A stretch of DNA of 64,000 nucleotides from a virus, in the IMG/VR virus record IMGVR_UViG_3300045999_008055; one strand, written 5' to 3'. Positions 29,710-36,620 of the stretch are shown here, in pieces (the first letter of the stretch is position 1; each line of letters starts with the position of its first letter). Below the pieces are notes generated by a model that had not been told where the DNA came from, searched no databases, and worked only from the letters and a program-made list of their open reading frames with translations. The translations under genes and the position numbers were made by a program.

Positions 29710-29837
29710 TTCTTCCGCTCTCTCTGCTCTAGAATCAAAGAGAATATATTCCCACCTTTAATTGCCTCAGACTCTGGGCATTGGGGCTTCAAGGGCTCTT
29801 ATGGAGGAAGTCATCCTCACTCCTTGCGGAAAGAACT
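29708..29837 (-). ncRNA. Candidate ~130-nt structured ncRNA
   Basis: Own promoter TTGACA(29871)-N16-TAGGAT; predicted 5' end pairs with the 3' end; three internal helices; no ORF. Confidence 0.6.
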
Positions 29838-29871
29838 TCCACTATCCTATAATAAATTACTATTTTGTCAA

Positions 29872-29907
29872 ATAAAAAAGGCGAGGATTTTACTCCTCGC
29901 CCTTTCT
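29872..29907 (-). terminator. Intrinsic terminator
   Basis: AAGGCGAGGA-N6-TCCTCGCCTT with a U-tract on the minus strand. Confidence 0.8.
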
Positions 29908-29925
29908 ATAAGTATCTCTCTGTTG

Positions 29926-30192
29926 TTAAACTGGCGAGAGACCTCCAGCGATCCGATCATAACGGAACTGACGCACGCCAGAATCCATACGACCAGAGAA
30001 GCAAAAGCTCGTAAAGAGTTTGTTGCCAGCCTTACTCGTCCTAAAAGAACTAGGCTTGCTGATGATGTAGGTGAAAACCTGTTCACCGCCGTAGGGTTTG
30101 TATTCGATTAGATACCTCTGTCCCAAAATAAATAGGACAAGATACTTGATGTAGGTGACTGCATATACGATTGCATTTTTGATTTTGTTCAT
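29926..30192 (-). CDS. Hypothetical protein (WYL-like C-terminal RQFRYDRI)
   Basis: Leaderless promoter TTGCAG 30226; terminator downstream. Confidence 0.7.
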   Translation of the reverse strand: MNKIKNAIVYAVTYIKYLVLFILGQRYLIEYKPYGGEQVFTYIISKPSSFRTSKAGNKLFTSFCFSGRMDSGVRQFRYDRIAGGLSPV

Positions 30193-30231
30193 AAGATAAT
30201 CATACCATAACTTCGTTTTACTGCAAGAAAA

Positions 30232-30306
30232 ATATCTCGTTGACTATCAACGACTTACGCGGCGAGAGTCCCCGCCGATGTAACTACTTGATAATCAAAG
30301 GCTTAC
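30232..30306. repeat. Paired-palindrome element 7
   Basis: Centres 30245/30293 (48 bp). Confidence 0.9.
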
Positions 30307-30316
30307 AAAAGTTAAA

Positions 30317-30478
30317 TTATTCTTCTGATTCTTTCCAATTGGGATGCGCTTTAGCCCACTTAACGAAAACAACTTCCAACTCTGCCAAATATTTTTCTAT
30401 TTGAGCAATGAGTTTAGGATCTTCGTCTTTGAGAACTCTTTTCTCTAATATCTTGCTGATTCTATTCTCGGGCTTCAT
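30317..30478 (-). CDS. Hypothetical protein (53 aa)
   Basis: Manually translated MKPENRISKILEK... Confidence 0.6.
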   Translation of the reverse strand: MKPENRISKILEKRVLKDEDPKLIAQIEKYLAELEVVFVKWAKAHPNWKESEE

Positions 30479-30705
30479 ATATACTATTTTACAGTAGCAT
30501 GTAGATTATTTCAATATTTTATTTATGCTATGATAATTATTGGGAAAAGTTATTTTAGATGTGTAATTATAATTTTCGAAAGCTCTATCAATACTCCCCA
30601 CGATATACTCCCACAAATCATAACAAGAAAAATCCACCAAAAATTTCTTTCAAACCATCTCACATAGAAACTTTACATAAGAAAAAATCTTTTGGGAAAA
30701 ATTCT

Positions 30706-30779
30706 CGCTTTCAGCAGGGATCGAACCTGCAACCTACGGATTAGAAATCCGTTGCTCTATCCAATTGAGCTATGAAAGC
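30706..30779 (-). tRNA. tRNA-Arg(TCT)
   Basis: ACGGA-TT TCT AA-TCCGT; full cloverleaf. Confidence 0.92.
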
Positions 30780-30781
30780 GA

Positions 30782-30857
30782 TGGTCGCCTAGGTCAGACT
30801 CGAACTGACACTATAACGATTTTAAGTCGTTTGCCTCTGCCATTGGGCTACTAGGCG
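30782..30857 (-). tRNA. tRNA-Leu(TAA), short variable loop, encoded CCA
   Basis: AACGA-CT TAA AA-TCGTT; 5-nt variable loop. Confidence 0.9.
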
Positions 30858-30864
30858 GATTGTT

Positions 30865-31260
30865 TTAGCTGTCAGTATCTAACTTTTCAGCCGAAACTTC
30901 TCCAAGCGTATAAGTTGGTTCGATCTGTGCGGTGCGAACAAAATTCTCAACAGGAATCTTGCTGATTGTATTCCGCACACGATTCATAACAACTTCTTTC
31001 ATTCCACCTTTACGATTGCGGAATTTCAAACCAAACTTATCTGTCATACCATTCATAACATACTTAAACATCACTCGCTCCAACTTCTCAAAGGTAATCC
31101 AGAAATAAGCAAAGTCATCTGCCATCCATTGAAGCTCGCCGTTTGTTCCACCCCAATTATAGACACGATTATGGAACTGCTCGATTTTATCCTTGGAACC
31201 TTTAATTCCAATAACCCAATGAGCGCCGAGGTTTTGTTTATATAATTTGATTTGTCTCAT
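30865..31260 (-). CDS. Early protein, family B copy 3
   Basis: IEQFHNRVYNWGGTNGELQ..FVRT..LGEVSAEK matches 23888. Confidence 0.8.
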   Translation of the reverse strand: MRQIKLYKQNLGAHWVIGIKGSKDKIEQFHNRVYNWGGTNGELQWMADDFAYFWITFEKLERVMFKYVMNGMTDKFGLKFRNRKGGMKEVVMNRVRNTISKIPVENFVRTAQIEPTYTLGEVSAEKLDTDS

Positions 31261-31417
31261 TTTTTCTGATTCTCCTTTTGTTTTCTGCTCTTGCTTTGAA
31301 GTATGCCTTAATATCTTCTTCTGTCAATTCTGTATGTTTTGCATAGCCATTAAGCATCCAATGATAAGTGGGTGCGACAAGGTGGCTATCCTTAATAATG
31401 TCATAAGTTTGTTTCAT
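31238..31417 (-). CDS. Hypothetical protein (59 aa)
   Basis: Manually translated; promoter TTGACA at 31452. Confidence 0.6.
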   Translation of the reverse strand: MKQTYDIIKDSHLVAPTYHWMLNGYAKHTELTEEDIKAYFKARAENKRRIRKNETNQII

Positions 31418-31471
31418 TGTTTTTAGTTTAACAGGTTTTGCTTTTTTGTCAAGGGTTTTCTTAAACTTTTT

Positions 31472-31544
31472 TGGATCGTGTAGGACTCGAACCTACAACC
31501 TATTGGTTAAAAGCCAACTGCTCTACCAATTGAGCTAACGATCC
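31472..31544 (-). tRNA. tRNA-Lys(TTT)
   Basis: GTTGG-CT TTT AA-CCAAT. Confidence 0.92.
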
Positions 31545-31552
31545 GAAAGTCT

Positions 31553-31625
31553 TGGGCCTGATAGGATTCGAACCTATAACCAAAGGATTATGAGTCCTCT
31601 GCTCTAACCGTTGAGCTACAAGCCC
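31553..31625 (-). tRNA. tRNA-CAT, probably Ile2 (lysidine type)
   Basis: GAGGA-CT CAT AA-TCCTT; GGGCTTG/CAGGCCC-A acceptor resembles Ile2 and lacks initiator features. Confidence 0.85.
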
Positions 31626-31631
31626 AATAAA

Positions 31632-31859
31632 TTAAGCCGCTGAAATCTCCGTTGGAAATTCACTAGGCTCTGGAACGAGCTTGAAGGCCACATTAAAAGC
31701 CTTGCTGATCCTGTAAAGATCCTGCAAGCTGTATGTGTTCTGTTTGGTTGCTTCACGGATTCGAGCATCCATAATGTAAGCCCTACGCTCACCAAAGATC
31801 ATCTTGGTATAGTAAGGAGTCCACTTAGGAGCTTCCCAGTTTGAGGTTTTGTTTGTCAT
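31632..31859 (-). CDS. Hypothetical protein
   Basis: Start re-called to MTNKTS, 34 nt from TTGACT 31893. Confidence 0.7.
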   Translation of the reverse strand: MTNKTSNWEAPKWTPYYTKMIFGERRAYIMDARIREATKQNTYSLQDLYRISKAFNVAFKLVPEPSEFPTEISAA

Positions 31860-31898
31860 AGGTTTAATATACAATAGTTTGATAAATAGTCAACAAAA

Positions 31899-31925
31899 AT
31901 AATTGGTTGAATATCAACGATTTAC
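31899..31925. repeat. Solitary 27-bp palindrome
   Basis: TAATTGGTTGA-ATA-TCAACGATTTAC, centre 31912. Confidence 0.7.
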
Positions 31926-31937
31926 ATATAATAAGAT

Positions 31938-32031
31938 TGGTACGAGGGGCAGGATTCGAACCTGCATTTTGCCCAAATCTAGAGCGACCACATTATAAGT
32001 GTGGGGTCTTAACCAGTTAGACGACCCTCGC
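31938..32031 (-). tRNA. tRNA with TAT anticodon (Ile by anticodon) and long variable arm, encoded CCA
   Basis: CCACA-CT TAT AA-TGTGG; ~22-nt variable region; 7/5 acceptor/T stems. Confidence 0.85.
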
Positions 32032-32067
32032 ATCACCTAGCCCGTAGCTAGTGTCAGCCTCCGATCT

Positions 32068-32238
32068 TTAGGCTTTCTTTTCCGAGCCAATCTTTTTGAT
32101 TACGACCTTCGTGCCATCAGGCCATGCACGAATAACCTTCCGCCAAAATTCAGCTTCTGCTTCAGCTTCCTTTAGGTCAGAGTGCATATCCTCGCTAACA
32201 CGAATACCATCACGCAGAACGATATATCTTAAATTCAT
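32068..32238 (-). CDS. Hypothetical protein (56 aa)
   Basis: Manually translated MNLRYIVLRDG... Confidence 0.6.
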   Translation of the reverse strand: MNLRYIVLRDGIRVSEDMHSDLKEAEAEAEFWRKVIRAWPDGTKVVIKKIGSEKKA

Positions 32239-32465
32239 TCTTCTACCTCCACGGCGATTTCATTATCAAATAGTGAGCCACCATCAACCTTGTCGCAGAT
32301 AACGATGTCATTACTGCCATCATCACCAGCATACACGGCACGAAGTTTCTTTACTTGACTATACTCTTTTTTAGTCCATTGACTCTCTGGAACGCCGAGG
32401 ACTTGCAGAGCCTCAACTCTCTCTGGAGGGATCGCCTCTCCACTTACTGCACAATGATAGGTCAT
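32235..32465 (-). CDS. Degenerate TraR/DksA-like protein
   Basis: CAVSGEAIPPERVEAL resembles CxxCGxxIPxxRLxA; start re-called. Confidence 0.5.
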   Translation of the reverse strand: MTYHCAVSGEAIPPERVEALQVLGVPESQWTKKEYSQVKKLRAVYAGDDGSNDIVICDKVDGGSLFDNEIAVEVEE

Positions 32466-32496
32466 AGTTGTGATTGTAATATGTTTTTTTATTCTG

Positions 32497-32856
32497 TCAA
32501 GCGATTTTGCGAGGACGACCACGACCACGCTTTTCACCGCTAGGCAGAATTGATGTTGCATTATAGTTTGTTAGTTTCTCCTGCAATTCACCGAAACGCT
32601 TGTTGGCATCTTCGATGCTAGTGCAAGTGAAAGCCCAATCGCCCCATTGACTATCGCTAGGATACATTTCAGCGGGAGGCATCTTTACGCCAGCGATCTC
32701 ATAACCATTGTGACGCTTGATTGCGATAACTTCATAATGATAGTTTTCACATTCGGGGTCATCGAGTTGTTTTTTGTAGATAGCGATGTCGCCATCACGC
32801 TTTACCTGCTGAAGTTTGAATCCTTTAGAAGTAAAAGATTCTTCAAGAATTTTCAA
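32497..32856 (-). CDS. Hypothetical protein with C-terminal AT-hook
   Basis: YPS..QWG..AFT core, KRGRGRPRK tail; TTG start inferred. Confidence 0.65.
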   Translation of the reverse strand: MKILEESFTSKGFKLQQVKRDGDIAIYKKQLDDPECENYHYEVIAIKRHNGYEIAGVKMPPAEMYPSDSQWGDWAFTCTSIEDANKRFGELQEKLTNYNATSILPSGEKRGRGRPRKIA

Positions 32857-32998
32857 TTTTAGTTCCCGCTGGAAGCCAGTTTTTAGGGTCAAGGTTTTCC
32901 CCAATATAACCAACTTGGGTTTCGGTTTTAGTTTTAGGGTCAGTAGCGTAAATAGCATAGCCACCTTCAGCCAGCTTCTTTACTTTAGTGATGTTCAT
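32843..32998 (-). CDS. Hypothetical protein (51 aa)
   Basis: Manually translated MNITKVKKLAEGG... Confidence 0.55.
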   Translation of the reverse strand: MNITKVKKLAEGGYAIYATDPKTKTETQVGYIGENLDPKNWLPAGTKIENS

Positions 32999-33023
32999 AT
33001 GATAATTATAGTATACTTTTAGA

Positions 33024-33362
33024 TTAATTCAAGACAAAAATTTCACGACCAATAACGCCAGCCCATTTAGCTTTATATACAGGACGCTTGGTGTCAGCAT
33101 AAACAAAACTATGATACTTATAGGGATTATAGGTTACTTGCCGCTCTCCATGAATAGGCCAACCTTCGTCTGGTGTGCCACACACAAAAGCGTGGACATT
33201 CTTACGCTTTTCTTTTAAGACTCGGTTTCTGCCAGCTTGACTCACACGAAACTCAACATCTTTCAAAAAGAACTCTGAGCTATGTTGGAGGACTTTGCCT
33301 TTAAGCATAATACTCAAACAATGTTTATGTAAGTTATAATAGACTTTGTGTTTTGCTTTCAC
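33024..33362 (-). CDS. Conserved phage hypothetical protein
   Basis: VYYNLHK..KNVHAFVCG..TYNPYK. Confidence 0.75.
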   Translation of the reverse strand: MKAKHKVYYNLHKHCLSIMLKGKVLQHSSEFFLKDVEFRVSQAGRNRVLKEKRKNVHAFVCGTPDEGWPIHGERQVTYNPYKYHSFVYADTKRPVYKAKWAGVIGREIFVLN

Positions 33363-33402
33363 TCCCTTAACTATAAGATAAATTCTATAAATGTCAAGGT
33401 TT

Positions 33403-33477
33403 ATAAGTGCTTGATAGTCAACGACTTACAACGGCGGGGTCCCGCGCACCGTAAATCCTTGATAGTCAACAACTTAC
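33403..33477. repeat. Paired-palindrome element 8
   Basis: Centres 33416/33464 (48 bp). Confidence 0.9.
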
Positions 33478-33495
33478 AACTCATCGAATTTAGAC

Positions 33496-33525
33496 AAAAA
33501 GAAGCGGGGGATTTACCCCCGCCTC
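33496..33525 (-). terminator. Intrinsic terminator
   Basis: GCGGGGG-ATTTA-CCCCCGC plus U-tract. Confidence 0.8.
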
Positions 33526-33546
33526 GGTTAAGGTTTTGGTTTTAGT

Positions 33547-34404
33547 TTAGGCGACCAGTTTCAAGAGGTCTTCGTCACGGGTCTTGCCGCTGAAGACTTT
33601 GAGCAGGTCACGGTTGACACGCTCGCTGTACTCGTAGCGCTCTTGCGAGACATTGCGAGTCAGGAACTGAGTTGCCGCATTATAAAGGTTATACAGATTG
33701 CGATCCGTATCCTCCTCATAAGCGGGATTGCGCCAAACAGCCTCGATCCCCTCACGCACCTTGCCGGAGATAATGTCTTTCTCTTCCAGCTTGGTGAGCA
33801 GGTTCAAGCCCTGTTCGTTAGTGAGAGCCTTCTGCGCCAGTTTATTGAAAACTTGCGCCGAAGATTCTACGCTGTCACAAGCATGAGCCAATGCATCACC
33901 AACGAAGTCGAGATTGACAGCAAGCGTGTGGCGCTTCGTCATGCTGAACTCCTTGGTAAGCGAGGTCATACCGTTCTCGCAGATGAGACGAAGGAAGCCG
34001 AGAGACAACGAAACACGAGTTGAGCGGTCATAACTGTTGTTAACGACCAGCCGCAACCCAAGAATGTCACCCTTGGCTCGCTTGCCCACGGGCTTCAATT
34101 CCGTTTTGAAATCGGTGAAGTCGTAGGAAGCGTAGAAACGAGCGCCGTCACGCACGACGAACTTCTTCGAGGTAAAATTCGAGAGTTTGTCATGATTGGC
34201 GAGGTTGGTTTCCACCATCTCGATGAGGTCTGCATTTTTCACCACACCATACTGCTCGGTGCAAACTCCGAGTGTAATGGGTTCGGCGGTGTCACGGCGC
34301 ACCATGCCGAAGTATCCTGTCCTCTTGCCGTCAGTTGTGAGGAGTGGCTCTTGGTGTACATCGAAATCGTATACACTTTGAGCGGGTTTGGTTTGTCTTG
34401 CCAT
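33547..34404 (-). CDS. DUF932/LGT_TIGR03299-like protein
   Basis: LG..YGVVKN..NSYD..RLICENGM..RHT..LYNLYNAAT. Confidence 0.8.
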   Translation of the reverse strand: MARQTKPAQSVYDFDVHQEPLLTTDGKRTGYFGMVRRDTAEPITLGVCTEQYGVVKNADLIEMVETNLANHDKLSNFTSKKFVVRDGARFYASYDFTDFKTELKPVGKRAKGDILGLRLVVNNSYDRSTRVSLSLGFLRLICENGMTSLTKEFSMTKRHTLAVNLDFVGDALAHACDSVESSAQVFNKLAQKALTNEQGLNLLTKLEEKDIISGKVREGIEAVWRNPAYEEDTDRNLYNLYNAATQFLTRNVSQERYEYSERVNRDLLKVFSGKTRDEDLLKLVA

Positions 34405-34511
34405 AAAATAATCATACCATACTTTTAACTTGTGACAAGAACTTTTTTCATCTCATAAGATACTGCTAGCCAGCGGGTTGCCTATCCTGTTAAAAATAAA
34501 TACTATCATAC

Positions 34512-34586
34512 GTAACACCTTGATTATCAACGACTTGCGCGCGCGGGGAGCCCGCCGCCCTAACTATATAATAATCAACAACTTAT
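34512..34586. repeat. Paired-palindrome element 9
   Basis: Centres 34525/34573 (48 bp). Confidence 0.85.
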
Positions 34587-35035
34587 GTCAATTGAAATTT
34601 AATATTACTCTTTCTATACTCTCTTACTTTCCTTATAGCATATAATGTAGCATCTACTTCACTTAATTTAGCTTTAGTTCCCATGTTGTATTTTCTTATC
34701 TTTTTAATACCATGATAAAATTTATTCTTTTTATATTGCCATAGGTGTCTTACTTCATGGGCTATAATATCAACCAAAGACTCTTCCCAATTATATGTTT
34801 TAAGAGGTAAATATCCCCTCTCGCCTCCACTAATATATGGTTTAACATACTTAGAATAAGCTGGAACTCCAATATGCACACGACCACTATACCAAGCCCT
34901 ACCATGCCAACCTAATTTAGTATTACCAAAATCTATTTTTCTAATATCTTTAAGGTGCAATCCTTGAGGGAGACACCATTTAATAATTTCTTTTAGTTTA
35001 TCAGAGCAATATGAGGTAGTATTAATGAGCTTCAT
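34583..35035 (-). CDS. Zincin-like (HExxH) protein
   Basis: IIAHEVRHLWQ..SEVDA. Confidence 0.65.
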   Translation of the reverse strand: MKLINTTSYCSDKLKEIIKWCLPQGLHLKDIRKIDFGNTKLGWHGRAWYSGRVHIGVPAYSKYVKPYISGGERGYLPLKTYNWEESLVDIIAHEVRHLWQYKKNKFYHGIKKIRKYNMGTKAKLSEVDATLYAIRKVREYRKSNIKFQLT

Positions 35036-35066
35036 AAACTCAATAATAATACAAATTAATTTAGTG

Positions 35067-35243
35067 TCAATTAAATTCTACTTGATTATCTGTTATCCAG
35101 CATAGTAAATCTTTGAGATCTTCTTTAACTTGAACCGCTTTAGGATTGTTGAACTTATCTAATGATATTATACGAGCCTTAAGCTCTTGAACAATTAAAT
35201 ATGTGTCCTTCCAGTGTGTTTTGTAAAATGTGTTTATGGTCAT
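35067..35243 (-). CDS. Hypothetical protein
   Basis: Start re-called by leaderless promoter at 35277. Confidence 0.6.
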   Translation of the reverse strand: MTINTFYKTHWKDTYLIVQELKARIISLDKFNNPKAVQVKEDLKDLLCWITDNQVEFN

Positions 35244-35482
35244 AGGATAACTATAATACAAATTAATTCTATGTCAAGGGGCTTTTATTGCAATAATAAG
35301 TCCAATAATAATAGGTATTAGTATTTCCATATCATCTATTTATTATTTAGTCAATAGTTATTTCCAATCTAAATTCATATTATATTTAAGATAATCAGCT
35401 TTCTCTTTTGCTTCCTCTAATGTTTCTGCTTCTACTTCAAGAGTCGCAGAGCAAGATTTGGTGACTTGTATAATGTATTTCA

Positions 35483-35686
35483 TTATTTAACCCTAGTATA
35501 AGTAGCTTTTATTTTATTTAACCAAGCTTTGCATTCTTTTAATTTAGGGAAATATAGTGTTTCTATGGGATGACATCCATCATATTTAGCCATGTAGACT
35601 GGCTTGCCAAGATACTCCCCACGCTCGTAACCGCCGCCAAATAAATAAGGGTTTCTATTTATGACTTTTTGAATAGTGTAGTGCAT
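35483..35686 (-). CDS. Hypothetical protein
   Basis: Promoter TTGACA at 35720. Confidence 0.65.
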   Translation of the reverse strand: MHYTIQKVINRNPYLFGGGYERGEYLGKPVYMAKYDGCHPIETLYFPKLKECKAWLNKIKATYTRVK

Positions 35687-35863
35687 CTATTTAGCTTATA
35701 TTAAATTCTATTTTTGTCAATAATGATTAAGATAAATATAAATAGCCGTGAAAGTTATGATAAGAAAGGCAACTATTGTGTCTCCTGTGATCATACAAAC
35801 GGCAATATTAATCCTACAATAACAAAGCCAAATGCAATTAACATAAGAATATCAGTAATAATT

Positions 35864-36124
35864 TTAATCATTTGCCCACTCCTCGGAAGTCCATAGACTA
35901 CCCTCTCTAGGCTCGTTGCCTTCAATCCAATCTATAATATCTTCTAATTCGTTAACTACTGCTTCTAATTCTTTTGGCTCTTCCTGCTTTTCGTTTTCGC
36001 CCAAAGGAATTCCAAGTAACATCTTGGTTTGCCATGCTGACTTCTTATCAATTTCTTGTGTGCATCTACCAATTCTATCATAGATTTTATTGATAATATC
36101 TTCGGTAGTTCTAGCTGTTTTCAT
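35864..36124 (-). CDS. Hypothetical protein
   Basis: Start re-called to MKTARTT. Confidence 0.6.
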   Translation of the reverse strand: MKTARTTEDIINKIYDRIGRCTQEIDKKSAWQTKMLLGIPLGENEKQEEPKELEAVVNELEDIIDWIEGNEPREGSLWTSEEWAND

Positions 36125-36323
36125 CTTCTTCGTCCTCATCGGTTTCAATGTGAATAATATCAAAGTTATAATCCACTTCCTCGAAGTTAGCATCACAATC
36201 TTCTGCCCTGTTAAGGGCCATCTCTTCTGCTTCTCCTTGGCTCTCTGCCTCGACTTCGATTTCAGCCTCGGCAATTTGGTTTCGTTGAATTGTTATGGTA
36301 TATTTTTTTAAGGTGTCGCTCAT
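36111..36323 (-). CDS. Very acidic hypothetical protein
   Basis: EIEVEAESQGEAEEMA motif; promoter at 36357. Confidence 0.7.
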   Translation of the reverse strand: MSDTLKKYTITIQRNQIAEAEIEVEAESQGEAEEMALNRAEDCDANFEEVDYNFDIIHIETDEDEEDENS

Positions 36324-36353
36324 AGGTCTACTATAATGTATTTTTTAATATAG

Positions 36354-36620
36354 TCAAATACTATTTTTAATTAATTCTACTTTCCAGTTCTTGTTAATCC
36401 AGCTAGTAATCATATCAGTATAATAAGTAGTAGTAATCTGCCAAAGGTCACGCTCAATCCTAATCCTATCAAAGCTATAATAGATATATTGATTAACCAA
36501 TTTGCCTGTGCCGTAATTGCTATCAAGCACATCTATTTTAATAGTAGTTAAGGTTTTAGGAATAGATACCTTGATCTTTCCTCCAACAGCATACTCGCCA
36601 ATCTTGAATGTTTTAGTCAT
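36354..36620 (-). CDS. Hypothetical protein
   Basis: KTFKIGEYAVGG; promoter at 36654. Confidence 0.7.
   Translation of the reverse strand: MTKTFKIGEYAVGGKIKVSIPKTLTTIKIDVLDSNYGTGKLVNQYIYYSFDRIRIERDLWQITTTYYTDMITSWINKNWKVELIKNSI

Noticed and set aside
30559-30744. Plus-strand ORF and GTGTAA at 30561
   Set aside because: The ORF overlaps tRNA-Arg antisense; a 37-aa membrane peptide on the minus strand explains the sequence better.
23597-34586. CRISPR array interpretation of the palindromic repeats
   Set aside because: Units are separated by mostly ~1 kb of genes, come in pairs with a GC-rich 21-bp spacer, are degenerate, and no cas genes are present.
25131-34586. Classical integron attC sites or Xer dif sites
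   Set aside because: No intI, no consistent RYYYAAC/GTTRRRY ends, blocks carry their own promoters in both orientations, and the palindrome centre is 3 bp rather than the 6-bp dif core. Kept only as an analogy.
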